A DNA stretch of 64,000 nucleotides from assembly GCA_900088475.1 (NCBI GenBank), contig FLMG01002424.1, forward strand, positions 1 through 64,000. Direction: 5' to 3'. The position numbers and the translations under genes are program-made. The notes under the pieces are model-generated. The model did no database searches and was not told where the DNA came from. It worked only from the letters and a program-made list of their open reading frames with translations. The DNA is from Hyphochytrium catenoides (taxonomy: Eukaryota > Protista > Hyphochytriomycota). Each line of letters begins with the position of its first letter. The first letter of the stretch is position 1. Shown one piece after another: positions 49,394-60,457 of this stretch.

Positions 49394-50531
49394 TGCTAGA
49401 TCTCAATCTGGCGACCCGCCGTCAACCGACAAGCAAGAGTACTTAGAGAGGAAGCGGAAGAGAGAGAGACTGGAGACTGTGCGATCCTAGGCAAGGGTCC
49501 ACTATGATACAGACAGACAACGGGAAGCTCTGAGAGCCGTGTTTCTGAGGCGGCTACGGGCCCTCCTGTCTTATCTCTATAAAAGCTTTTGGAAACTGAG
49601 TGGATGATGAGATCAAGACTATGAGACGGCGGCCAGAGAGATCATTGCGCGCTGTGTGGTCCCTCTCTTCTGTTCCTTTATCTGTGCTCTCTTCTGGGTG
49701 TCTCTTCTGGTGTCTCTCTCTGTCCTTCAGCCTCTCTCTCGCGCTTTCGTAAGCATCTAGGATTTGGCTTGCGGCCCCAATCCCTCTCTAACATTGGCAA
49801 AGGGCGGCGCCGAGGAGTAAGAAACGGATCAACTTGAAGAAGCTGGCAGTGCAGACGGGAGCCAGGCGGGAGAGCGAGGATTATGACGAGAGAGCAACGG
49901 GAGAGAAGAAAGAAACGAGGAGAGAGAGGAGAAAGAGAGAGAGGAAGACAGACAGAATGCGCAGTGGTGAGAGGGACAATGAGGTCCAGACGACTGTCAT
50001 CTAAGAGGATAGCTTCGGAAGGAACCAGCCATTGCAAGTGGTGCACTTGATAGCGCAGTGTCGCTCTTTCTGTTGCACTCTCTCTCTCTCTCTTTTGTTG
50101 CCTCTCTCATTGTGATGCGCTTGTGCGTGTTTTTTATCGAGTGCTATCAGTCTTCTTCCTCCGTTCTCCCCTGTCGCGGCCATGATAGAGGAGCCAGCAC
50201 GCAAGGTCTTCTGATTGTCCTTCCTTGCATGATGGATGGGAAGAGACGAAGAGAGAGAGAGAGGGGAGGGCGAGAGAGAGAGGAAGAGAGAGAGAGAGAG
50301 AGAGAGAGAGAACAATGACAACGATGAAAATGATGGATCTGTGACCTTTCCTTTTTATGATTGGATCTGTTCGCCCCTGGGGGAGCTCTGAGATTACGTG
50401 GGTGGGCTGCCGGTGCATTACCTAAGAGTTAGGTTAAAATCTTGAAGCTTCGGCCTGCCCACCCACTGCGCTATGACAAGGGTTCTGATCTGGCTGAGTC
50501 CTTCCAGCACTTTTCCCCTCCCTCTCTCTCA

Positions 50532-50580
<49 letters not shown>

Positions 50581-51389
50581 TGTCTCTGTCTCTCTCTCTT
50601 TCCCTCGCTCTTCCGCCTTTCCCTCTGTCCTCTTCTCTCTCTTTGCCCTACTCTCCCCGCACCCCTGATCGTCTCTCTTTCGCTCGCTCTCTCTTGCTCC
50701 CCTTTCTCTCTTTTCTCTCTCTCTCCTGTCTCCATTCTCCATTTGGGGTTCTTCCCTCAGGCGTAGCGCCATGATAGGTGTAGGTCCACGCAGTCATTCC
50801 TAGGAAAGCACCCTCGAGGCAGCGACTTTTCTCCTCCTCGTCCGCCGAAGCAGCTAAATGGGGACATCTCCCATGTGTCTTTCTCTCTTTCTCTTTCTCT
50901 CTTTGCCTGGCAAGTCAAGCTCTCGAGCATGCTTCTGAAGCAAACGAAGGCGAAGGAGCGCATCATTAGCGGTCGGGGACCTCGTTCCCGCTATGTCGGG
51001 CGTGATGCCAATGGATGAGCTTGGCAGAGGTGGGAGGAGACCAAACATGCCAAAGGTTAGAGAGGAGAGAGGAGAGAGAGAGAGAGAGAGCAAGTCAGGC
51101 AGTATAATAGAACTACATGCTGGATGTCGACTGAAGAGGGTTGATAGGCGAGGGAATGGACCCACGCAGACAGCAAGCAGCGACCTGCACTTTTTACACT
51201 TCTCATTGTCCAGAGAGCAGAGACAGAGGTAATGTTCCTCGCTAGGACGAGTAGATCTTCAGCCCAAAGAAGAAGAAAGAGAGAGAGAGACAGAAAGAGA
51301 GACAATAGGAATACGTCGTCATTGCATTATTTGCCACGTTTGGAGAAGGAGAAAGCACTTTTTCCTCTTAAGTGCACGACGAATAAAAG

Positions 51390-53243
51390 ATGGTACAGAA
51401 GATAGCAAGGGAGAATCTCTCTCTCTCTTCCCCTGACACATTTTCTGCCCTTCACATTCTCTTGGAGCCTCCTTCCCTCCCGTTGTCTCTCTCTTTCTCT
51501 GTCTGGAACGTGCTTTCTCTCTCCTTCATCCTCTGCTGCTTGTCTCTCTTGCTCGCCGTCGGCCGCCGCGCATACAGCCTGCATCTCTACCGCAAATCGC
51601 CTAACAATCCTCCGACATTCGATGGTCTCCAGCTCTTGGGCTTCGTGTACCGCGCCTGGAAAGAGAAAGGGCTCTCCCTCACTCAAATTCCAGAGATGAA
51701 AGAACTCTTCCACCAGCAGCTTGGTCCCGTCTACGCCGCGTTTCCTCCTATCTTTCGCCTATTTGTCTCTTTCTCTGGCAGAGAAGAGCCTCTCCGTTAC
51801 GAGATCTGTGACCCTGACATCGCCAAGTCCGTCGTGGCTGACAAGAAACTCTTTCTTCAGCAAAGGATCGCGCCGCACCAGCCGCGGCGGTTCAAGCCGC
51901 TCGCAGAGGGACTTCTTGGCCTTCCAATGGGAGATGTCTGGAGCCGCCATCGTCGTCTTCTCTCGCCTCTGTTCTCGGAGAAGTATTTACAGATCTATCA
52001 TGAAGCAGTGAGCGAGAAGGCAGCCCAGCTTAGAGACTTGTGGACCCAGCTTTCCGCACTGAGAGGCGACAAACCAGGAGAGAGAAATGCGGAACAAGAG
52101 AGAAGAGGGAGTAAAGCAGAAGAGGGAGAAGTCGTGGAGATCAGCAGGGATCTCACTCTCGTGACGCTGGATGTCATTGGCAGTGCAGGCTTCGGGGTTG
52201 AGTTCAGCTCTCTCTCTGACCCTCTCTCTCCTTATGCAGAGGCAGGAAAGTGGCTCTTTCACACTGCCATCCGCCTGAGTGTCTTTCCCACTTGGCTGCA
52301 CTATTTGGAAAGAAGAGGAAAGCGAAAGTGCGATGAGGCTCTGTCTCTGTATGAGAAGATGCTGGAGAGGGTCATTGAAGAAAACGCTGAAGAAAATGCT
52401 GCCCGACAAGAGCGAGAGAACTTCGTCTCTGTGTTGCTGAAGGCTCAGAAAGAGGTAGGAGAGAAAGATCCGCTGTCTGTGGAGGAAGTGAAGGCCGAGA
52501 TGTTGACAATGCTCATCGCGGGACACGAAACAACCGCCAATACTCTATCATGGTGTCTGTTTCTCCTTGCCAAGCACCCTGAGAAGCAACAGAAGCTGAG
52601 AGAGGAGATTCTTTCCGTACTTCCAGACAACAAGGATGAGGGAGAAGGGGAAGGAGAAACAGGAGAGAAAAAGGATGATGGCCCACCACTCCTTTCTTTC
52701 TCTCACCTCTCCCAACTTCCCTACGCCCGCGCCTGCTTCTATGAGGCGCTTCGAGTCTATCCCACGGTCCCAGGACTCAATAGAGTGGTGGCAGAAGACT
52801 GTGAAGTGCGAGGTGTCGCCTTCAAAAAGCATTCTTTCGCCCTCGTGAACTACAACGTGTTGGCCAAGGATCCCGCAGTGTGGGACAATCCGTTAGAGTT
52901 CCTACCCGAGCGCTTCTTGAGAGACGAGGAGGATGAAGAAGGAGGAGCGAAGGCGCTAGGAGAAGGAGGAGAGCAGAGAAGAAAAGTAAAGGTTCTCTCC
53001 CCTGAAACGGCTTCAAAGGTTCCCTATGCTTTCCTTCCCTTTGGCGCGGGCCCTCGCTCCTGCATCGGTAAGCGGTTCGCGGTGAATGAAGGCCTGATGC
53101 TGCTCTGTACAGTCCTTAGAGATCTTGAATTCTCCCTTGTCGAGGGAGAGAAGGATCCTGAGCCGCACTTCTCCGTTACTGTCTCTCCTAAAGGTGGCAT
53201 CAGGCTGAGAGTTAAAGAGAGGAGGAGGCAACCGGCAGTGTGA
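51390..53243 (+). CDS. Cytochrome P450 copy C, intronless, 617 aa, head-to-head with copy B
   Basis: TM anchor, WSRHRRLLSPLF, AGHETTA, EALR, PERF, FGAGPRSCIG. Confidence 0.95.
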   Translation: MVQKIARENLSLSSPDTFSALHILLEPPSLPLSLSFSVWNVLSLSFILCCLSLLLAVGRRAYSLHLYRKSPNNPPTFDGLQLLGFVYRAWKEKGLSLTQIPEMKELFHQQLGPVYAAFPPIFRLFVSFSGREEPLRYEICDPDIAKSVVADKKLFLQQRIAPHQPRRFKPLAEGLLGLPMGDVWSRHRRLLSPLFSEKYLQIYHEAVSEKAAQLRDLWTQLSALRGDKPGERNAEQERRGSKAEEGEVVEISRDLTLVTLDVIGSAGFGVEFSSLSDPLSPYAEAGKWLFHTAIRLSVFPTWLHYLERRGKRKCDEALSLYEKMLERVIEENAEENAARQERENFVSVLLKAQKEVGEKDPLSVEEVKAEMLTMLIAGHETTANTLSWCLFLLAKHPEKQQKLREEILSVLPDNKDEGEGEGETGEKKDDGPPLLSFSHLSQLPYARACFYEALRVYPTVPGLNRVVAEDCEVRGVAFKKHSFALVNYNVLAKDPAVWDNPLEFLPERFLRDEEDEEGGAKALGEGGEQRRKVKVLSPETASKVPYAFLPFGAGPRSCIGKRFAVNEGLMLLCTVLRDLEFSLVEGEKDPEPHFSVTVSPKGGIRLRVKERRRQPAV

Positions 53244-55455
53244 CTGAAATTGGTAACAAGGATGATGGAAGGTGCAGGAGTAGAACAAAGAAAGAGGGAC
53301 AGAGAGAGACCCCGAACTATATATACTGCGGCGTGCTGGCGAAGGTAGGGAAGAAGAGAGATTAAGACAGCCATTTAGGATGATGAACGGCTCTCCATTG
53401 GGTTAAGAGAAGTAAGGGACAGGTGCTGCGAAGGTCTAGCCTTCTGTACAGCAACAAGGAAGTAAAGTTCGATTGCGTAATACTATAGAAGCTGCTCAAA
53501 AAGGCCTACTAGCCCAGCTGCTGCACAACAAAAAGAGGGGATGCAGATGGCAGCAGCGTTGGTCACTCGCTGTAAATCGAATTAGTAGAGAACCAGGAGA
53601 GAAGAAGAGGGGCGGATCTGGGATGGGATGAAGGGAGAAGAAGAAAAGAGGAGAGCCAGAGGGGCAGTAGCAACAAAAGCCAATACTCCTGTTTGATGCT
53701 GGGCAGGAGCTTCGAGCATGGCCAGTCGGTTATATTCGTCGCCTCTGCGGGTGACTAACAGGGAACGATGAGAAGCAGTTCTACTCTTTAGGGGATAGGC
53801 AGCGCGTGGCGGACAGTACTGTTCCAGCCCTCCTCAACACCAACTTCTCTCTTATTCTACTACTTTCTGACACGTGTGACATAAAGGCGGCCTGTCTCTC
53901 TTCCCGGCACCTGCACAAGATGTCTGCTAAGAGATGAACTGCAGCCTCCAGGCATCAGCCACTGAACTCGGCCCTGCCGCTTCTGTTCTTTAGTCATTCA
54001 CAAAAGAGCGCGCCGGTACAACTACTCTTTGTGATGATTCCGTGGTGGAGAGTATCCCGTCAGTGTAGCTCTCCTTCAAATCTGTCCACGAGCGGAATCC
54101 TACAGACAGCGCGCGCCTGTTTGCTGCAGGGTTCATAGCGCAAAGCACCAACCTTCGACCTAGACATAACGGCTGCCCCCTTCGCCCCGACGACGAATAT
54201 TCCTATAGCACACTTCTCTATGTTCCTCTTCTTCTATCACTGAGCCTTTCATGACCACGGGAGACAGTTACCTCTAGTTCCAAAGAGGGCATAGCAGCGA
54301 CCCCGGCCACCACCACCTACTATTTTTGTCTATGCCTTATTCTGTTACCTACTCCTTTTTCTTTTCCAGCGGCCTCCGAGAGCATGTCGTCGTCTTTGCT
54401 TCAATAGAGGACAACAGTTTAACGCGCTGCCAATAAGCAGGAATAGCAGCGGCGGCGTTCCTATTTGTTTGCTTATATTAACAGCCGACTACTAGTGAGC
54501 GGCCGCGCAACTAGGCTCCGCTTTTTCCCATGATAAATGATGAGGCAGCAAGGAGCAGAATGAGGAGCTGCGCCTCGCTGACTCCTCCGCCCCTCATCAA
54601 TAAAGAATCTTCTTCGTTCAAGGTTAGCGCACATGTCCATAGAAAGAAGGAACAAGGAGTTTCTACGAGCTATTTAGCAGCGACGAGGGAGGGAGGATTC
54701 CAAGACGAAGCACTGGGGAGAAGAAAGAGGACGAAGCAGAGAAAGAAGGAAAGAAAAGCCGCCAAGATGACAAAGATCTTCTTCACCTTCAGAGCTGAAC
54801 CACGGTCACTTAGAATTTCTATGTCACACTCACCATTAGGGTAGGTGGTCCCTACAGGCAGTTGGTTCCCCGGAGGTCCAAAAGTGCAGGCGTTACAAGC
54901 GCATATTCCATCATCATCAAGTGCACTTCCTGTTCTCCTCTCTTCTTCTGCCTGTCTCCTCTCTCTCTCTGCCTCTGTCCTCGCACTCGAGCCTGGTGCA
55001 TAAGCGGGCGCCTGTGCATGAAGATCTTTGTCCGGGATGATCGACGTGGTGGCTCTTTCTCTCCGCTCGTCCTCTCCCTACAGCCCTGAGAAAGAGCTAG
55101 CGCGAGAATGATAGCCGCACCACCGCGATCCTACGCAAGATCCTACTTCGTGTTCCTCCTGCCCAGGATCCTTGCAGCTGTGGCTTGAAAGAAGGCGGTG
55201 ACTCTTCTTCTTCCTGTTCGCTATGCAACAATTGATCAGGATAGATCTCTAGGGTGGTGAAGTGGAGCGGCGAGGAAGTGAGGAGAAGAGCGTTTGTTGA
55301 CCAACAAAACAGCATGGATGATGCACCACTGAAATTCAAAGGTTCTGATGATACCCTTACATACGTGGTGGTGCAACCTCGAAGAAGGCTATGAGAGAGC
55401 ATAAGAAAGGTTCGTTCCGCCGCCCTTGCAGCTCAAGATAAACCCAGGATGACTC

Positions 55456-55496
55456 AGAGTGAGGATAGAAAGGTGAAGAGTGAGGATAGAAAGGTG
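55456..55496 (+). repeat. Tandem duplication with 21-bp period (AGAGTGAGGATAGAAAGGTG x2)
   Basis: Read directly at 55456-55475 and 55477-55496. Confidence 0.85.
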
Positions 55497-55915
55497 GAAA
55501 GCGAAGAACCAAGGAAGAAAGAGACTCGCTCACTTCTACGAGTATGAGAAAAGAAGGGGACCAAGCCTCCTCACTCCTCTGGCTTTTCACTCTGCGACGG
55601 CAGCTGCTGTTCGTTTGGACAACCGAGCGAACTAACCACGTAAGCCTCATTTAGTTCCTACTGTTCTCTCTGCAGGCAGGTCCTGCTTCTTTGCCAGTCT
55701 TCTTCACAAGCAGCCGTAGAAAGAAGATGACAGCCGTTTCGCGCACTGTCCCTTTCGCTCCCTCTTCTGCCAGCCACAGCGGTATACTTATGGGCTCTTT
55801 CAAGCCAGCCTCATAACTTAAAATTCCCCTCCGGATCAAAGTGCACTACTATCGTCGCCATCGGAAAAGACAAGAGAACTATATTTTGAGACATTAGCAG
55901 AAGAAGAGAAGCATC

Positions 55916-57172
55916 ATGTCTGTCGCCAACTATCTCGCAAACAAACTCGAAGACACACTGGGAAACAAACCTGTCAGCACCGGCAGCAGCCAGCCACGAT
56001 GGTCAGAAACAGAGACCATGCACGCCCTCGTGTGGAAGGGCAAGGAGAAGGTTGACTACTGCACCGTTCCCAAGCCTCTCGTTTCTGCTCCGCAAGATGC
56101 CCTCATTCGCGTCACTGCTACCACCATCTGTGGCAGTGATCTCCACCTTTACACAGCTGAAGCGCCCAACATGAGGGAAGGTGACATCCTGGGCCACGAA
56201 ACGCTAGGAATCGTTGAGGACGTGGGCCCAGAAGTCAAGACTCTTCGCAAGGGTCAGCGTGTGGTGGTGGCATTTGGCATTACTTGCGGGCAGTGCGACT
56301 ATTGCAAGCGGGGAGAGTTCACATGCTGCGACACCACGAACCCTAGCAAAGTAATGGAGACCCTTTATGGCCATCGTATCACCGGTGTCTTTGGCTATGG
56401 ACATGTGACTGGCGGCTACCCGGGCGGCCAGGCGGAGTATCTGCGGGTGCCTTTTGCTGACAACAATTGTCTGCCTCTTCCTGATGAGATCCCTGATGAG
56501 AAGGCGCTGTTCATTTCTGACATTGCTTGTACGTCTCTCCATGCCTGCCAGCTGGGAGAAGTGAGGGAGGGCTGCAGTGTCGCTATCTGGGGCCTTGGGC
56601 CAGTGGGGCTCCTCGCTCTTGAGTGGGCCAAGGTGCTCGGTGCTAAGAAGATTATTGGTATTGACGTGGTTCCTGAGCGTCTGCAATTAGCCAAGGAGAA
56701 GCTGGATGTTGAGGTCATCAACGCGAAGGAGGTCTCAGATGTCGTAAAGACCATCTTCGAGCTTTGCCCAGGTGGCGTAGATGTGGCTATTGACTGCGCC
56801 GGTTTCCGTTACGCGACCACCTGGCTGCACACCATTCAGCGTGCACTGATGCTGGAGACAGACTCTCCTGATATCCTTTCTCAGTGCATCTATGCAGTAA
56901 GGAAGAGCGGCAACGTGTCCATCATTGGTGACTACTTTGGCTTTGCCAACCAGTTCCCTATCGGTGCCATGATGGAGAAGCATCTGACTGTTCGCGGTGG
57001 CCAGTGCTTCGTCCAGGGAATGTGGAAGTATGTGCTGGAGATGATACTCAAGAACAAGTTTGACCCTACGATCGCGGTCAACTACCATGGACGGCTCTCT
57101 GAGGGTCCAGAGCTGTACAAGAAGTTCCATCTGAAGGAAGAAGGCATTGTCAAGGTCTTCCTGCGCCCTTAA
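55916..57172 (+). CDS. Zinc-dependent medium-chain dehydrogenase/reductase (formaldehyde-dehydrogenase-like subgroup), intronless, 418 aa
   Basis: Catalytic Zn ICGSDLH and GHE; structural Zn CGQCDYC-x7-C; YPGGQAEYLRVPFAD; SDIACT (Asp third ligand); Rossmann GLGPVG. Confidence 0.95.
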   Translation: MSVANYLANKLEDTLGNKPVSTGSSQPRWSETETMHALVWKGKEKVDYCTVPKPLVSAPQDALIRVTATTICGSDLHLYTAEAPNMREGDILGHETLGIVEDVGPEVKTLRKGQRVVVAFGITCGQCDYCKRGEFTCCDTTNPSKVMETLYGHRITGVFGYGHVTGGYPGGQAEYLRVPFADNNCLPLPDEIPDEKALFISDIACTSLHACQLGEVREGCSVAIWGLGPVGLLALEWAKVLGAKKIIGIDVVPERLQLAKEKLDVEVINAKEVSDVVKTIFELCPGGVDVAIDCAGFRYATTWLHTIQRALMLETDSPDILSQCIYAVRKSGNVSIIGDYFGFANQFPIGAMMEKHLTVRGGQCFVQGMWKYVLEMILKNKFDPTIAVNYHGRLSEGPELYKKFHLKEEGIVKVFLRP

Positions 57173-57309
57173 AGACGACTAATCGAAGCATGGTACTGGC
57201 TTTAATTTTGCTGCTGACCAGTGCGGCGTAGGGTGGGGTATGGAAGCAGAGTCGGCCAATTTTGCTATAGAATACTGATAAATGAATAAGAAGTGATTGC
57301 GTTGTAAGA

Positions 57310-58430
57310 TCAGGCACTGCCTTAAGATATATGGAGGAGGACGAAACGCTCCTAAGCAGGTCCTTGTCATCGAGCACTACTACCTGGTGGGCGAGCTTGC
57401 ATACTTTTGTCTCTGGTCTTCTACGATCCCAAAGGCAGCTTCTGGGAGTTATTCTTATGCTGACAGCAGATGCTATGCCCCCATGCACTGGCATAGCCTT
57501 TGTCCAAGCCGTAATGCTCTAGGTTCCGCACAAGAAGTACGGGTGGTATGTTGTCACCTACGGCTTCCCTGCACTATTTGTTGCTTGTCATCCGTCACGG
57601 AGAGGGCCCTGGCGCTACTCTGTGCAAACTACTGCCGCTGTGGTTGTAGGGAAAGAAGTATGTCACTGCGGACATTATAAGATGAACCTCATCTATGGCC
57701 AACTGCAAGTGCTTGGAAGTGCGGTGGTGGGCAAGGACATGCTGAAGAGCTTGATCTTTCTACCCTGGCGTCGTGTCTGGGCTACGGCTTGGCTCTACAT
57801 GTAAGTGCCATATTCAAGGCATTGGGTCGAGCACAATGTCCTTTCAAAGGTTTTCATATTTGGGCGCAGCACCAAAGCCTGGCACGGCCAGATTATGTCA
57901 GCGGCTCTCCGGATCCACCGACAACTATTTATCGAAAGACTGATATTGTGACTTCTGGAACTACATGGTAACAACAGCTGGCGATCCGCTCCGCTCCTCC
58001 TGGTCGACAGCACCGCGCGATCTATCCGACCGCTCCACGGCTGCGGACCCTGAATAGTTTTGGAAGAGATTGGTTGCTAGCATGACAACAGCGACTTATT
58101 GTGCTGTGGGCGCCCTAGCGGGCACCCTCGTCTTCCGCGACATCTACTTCGCTAAGATTTGGCCAGGATCATACAATCAGCCCTTTCTATCGTACTGGCG
58201 GATGCTACAGATAACAAACTTGACTATCTGTGGTCTGTGCTGGCAATACTGTCTTGTCGCTGTTTGTCACCCCTGTTCATGCGGTGGGGATAGAAACGGG
58301 AGTTGCTGCTCAAGGTAGCGTCAATTGTCTAGATGCTCAATCAATGGACAGTACTTTTAATCGTGGCTGTTATTGAACGTCCTTAACGCTGGTGGACCGG
58401 ACAGAAATGCGCAGTTTAGGGTGTGCCAGT
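57310..58430 (+). pseudogene. 5'-truncated, frameshifted pseudogene copy of the 60458-62083 membrane protein gene
   Basis: Collinear fragments in changing frames: QVLVIEHYYLVGELAY (vs QVFVIEYYFLAGEIVY), LMLTADAMPPCTGIAFVQAVML* (vs LMLTADAVPPCTGIAFVQIVMIY), SSVTERALALLCAN, YKMNLIYGQLQVLGSAVVGKDML, FRDIYFAKIWPG, SWLLLNVLN. Confidence 0.92.
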
Positions 58431-58749
58431 TCATCTCTAAACTTACTGCCCTTCGGAGCACTAACATCTCACCGGCGGCAGACGTCTTGGGAGAGGAGCC
58501 AGTGGAAGGTCTCTAGTTATGAAAACATAATAACATATTTGCGGCACCGTCATCGGTCCACCGGCGCTGCTTACATATACCTTCGTGAAGTGTTACCTCT
58601 GCTTGTTGATAACAGGCCAAAAAGAACTCCTCTGTCGGGGAGTGTCGACTCGCCTCTGGCATCCCTAAAAAAGCCGTCTAATTGGAGGCGCGACGGCACT
58701 GCGTTCAGTTTTCGTTCCTCTTTTATTGCTGATGCCATTACCTCTGGCT

Positions 58750-58885
58750 TCGTGACTGGTTGCATTTTATGACGTGCGTCGTATTATCGCTCTCCGTCAG
58801 CATTGCACCAGCAGCTATCGTGACTGGTTGCATTTTATGACGTGCGTCGTATTATCGCTCTCCGTCAGCATTGCACCAGCAGCTA
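58750..58885 (+). repeat. Perfect 68-bp tandem duplication
   Basis: TCGTGACTGGTTGCATTTTATGACGTGCGTCGTATTATCGCTCTCCGTCAGCATTGCACCAGCAGCTA at 58750-58817 and 58818-58885. Confidence 0.95.
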
Positions 58886-59005
58886 CATTTATGCTAAAAG
58901 AAAGCAGAACCTTGTGTACAACGTCATGTTCCGCGCTTTGTCTCCCTATCCGTTGTTACTATCCATGTTGCCCACCTCAAGTCCAACAGTCCGCCCGTTC
59001 TCTCC

Positions 59006-59046
<41 letters not shown>

Positions 59047-59057
59047 TCTCTCTCTGG

Positions 59058-59088
<31 letters not shown>

Positions 59089-60208
59089 ACTCTCTCTCTC
59101 TCTCTCCTCTTTCTCTCTCTCTCTCCCCGAACCTCTCATGCTCCCTTGCTCCCTTGGCTCTTGAGCGTATACAGTTTATCATCTTTCTATTGTCGGGTGC
59201 TGTATGATGGATGTGGACCCTCAGTTGAGGGTACATTGAGGTGAATCCGTCTCTTTGGTCACTATTTGCCCTGCCCATACAGGAGACAGTGGTTGCGGAG
59301 AAACCGGATCATCAGCCATCTGGTAGGCCAGGCCCTTCATGCGTGTTCGCATTCTATCTTCCGACCATCTTCTCCATTCTCTCTTGGTGCACTGCGTTAT
59401 TGCAAAAGCCGTCTTTCTTCCATAGTCCCAGCCGAGGTCCAGAAGGGCGGAGCTCTGTTGGCCACCACCATCGAAGGATGGGCTACAAGCTTCTACACGG
59501 GGAATTCAGCTCTTCCGTACTTGCCTCCGACAGCTGTTTTGAGTGTGTCTTTCTTTCTTCACAATACGCGCAACACGGAGCTTCTCCAGCGGCCAACAAC
59601 AAGAAGAACGAGGAGAGATTGATCTTTGTAACGCCCGGGCCCCACACGACCCCCTGTAGCCGGTCATTGTACTGTTTGCAGGTCCTCCTGGTCCTCCTGC
59701 TGATCGCTGCAGCAGCAGTGCTCCATGATGCCCGCCCTTCGATCGCCTTGCTCTCTGGCTTGGGCTGAGGTTGCTTTGCTGTCTTTATATATTTCCAGCC
59801 CGTATCAGCGGGCCAGCGCTAACTTGCCCCCATCTTCAGAAGGACTGACCTCCACCAGGTGACTCTCCTCTCCATCATCCCAATTGCTGATCGCTCGACA
59901 ACTAAGGAATTCTCAACCTACCAGCTCCTGTTGGTCTTCTATAGCACCTCCTTATCATCATCATAGTAAGGGTGCTGCGGCAGGCAATTAAATGTGATGC
60001 TGCTCTCCTCCTGCCGTATGCAGCGTCAACCAAAAGCAAGGAGAAGCGGGAAAAGAGAGACTCTGGAGGAGGAGAATGATAGGGCAACGTAGATTCCCTC
60101 GTTGTGGCTAAGCTCTTCTTCTGCTTGAGGTGGTGACGCCAGCCGCCCTCGCGATACTTCATACACGACAGGCCTTTCAACAACTGTTATGTCAGAAGAA
60201 GAGAAAGG

Positions 60209-60257
60209 CAATAAGCATCACAGCAGAAGAGAAAAGACAATAAGCATCACAGCAGAA
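60209..60257 (+). repeat. Tandem duplication with 29-bp period (core CAATAAGCATCACAGCAGAA)
   Basis: Identical 20-mers at 60209-60228 and 60238-60257. Confidence 0.85.
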
Positions 60258-60457
60258 ACCCCATCGAAAACGCATGACGGACAAACCACCAGTCTCGCGC
60301 GCTGTAAACGTTCCCAGTACCTGAAGAGTGCAAACAAACCATATGCGCATAGCAAGCCAGCACAGCTGGGAGTGGCCCTCGTGCTATGGTAAATAGAGAA
60401 GGCTGTACAACGAAACGTTAAGGGTTGCCTAGCAGTAGTAGCCTGGCAACAAGTAGA

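Noticed and set aside
58750-58885. Direct repeats as a possible CRISPR array or LTR
   Set aside because: Two abutting copies with no spacer, no cas or retroelement genes, eukaryotic context.
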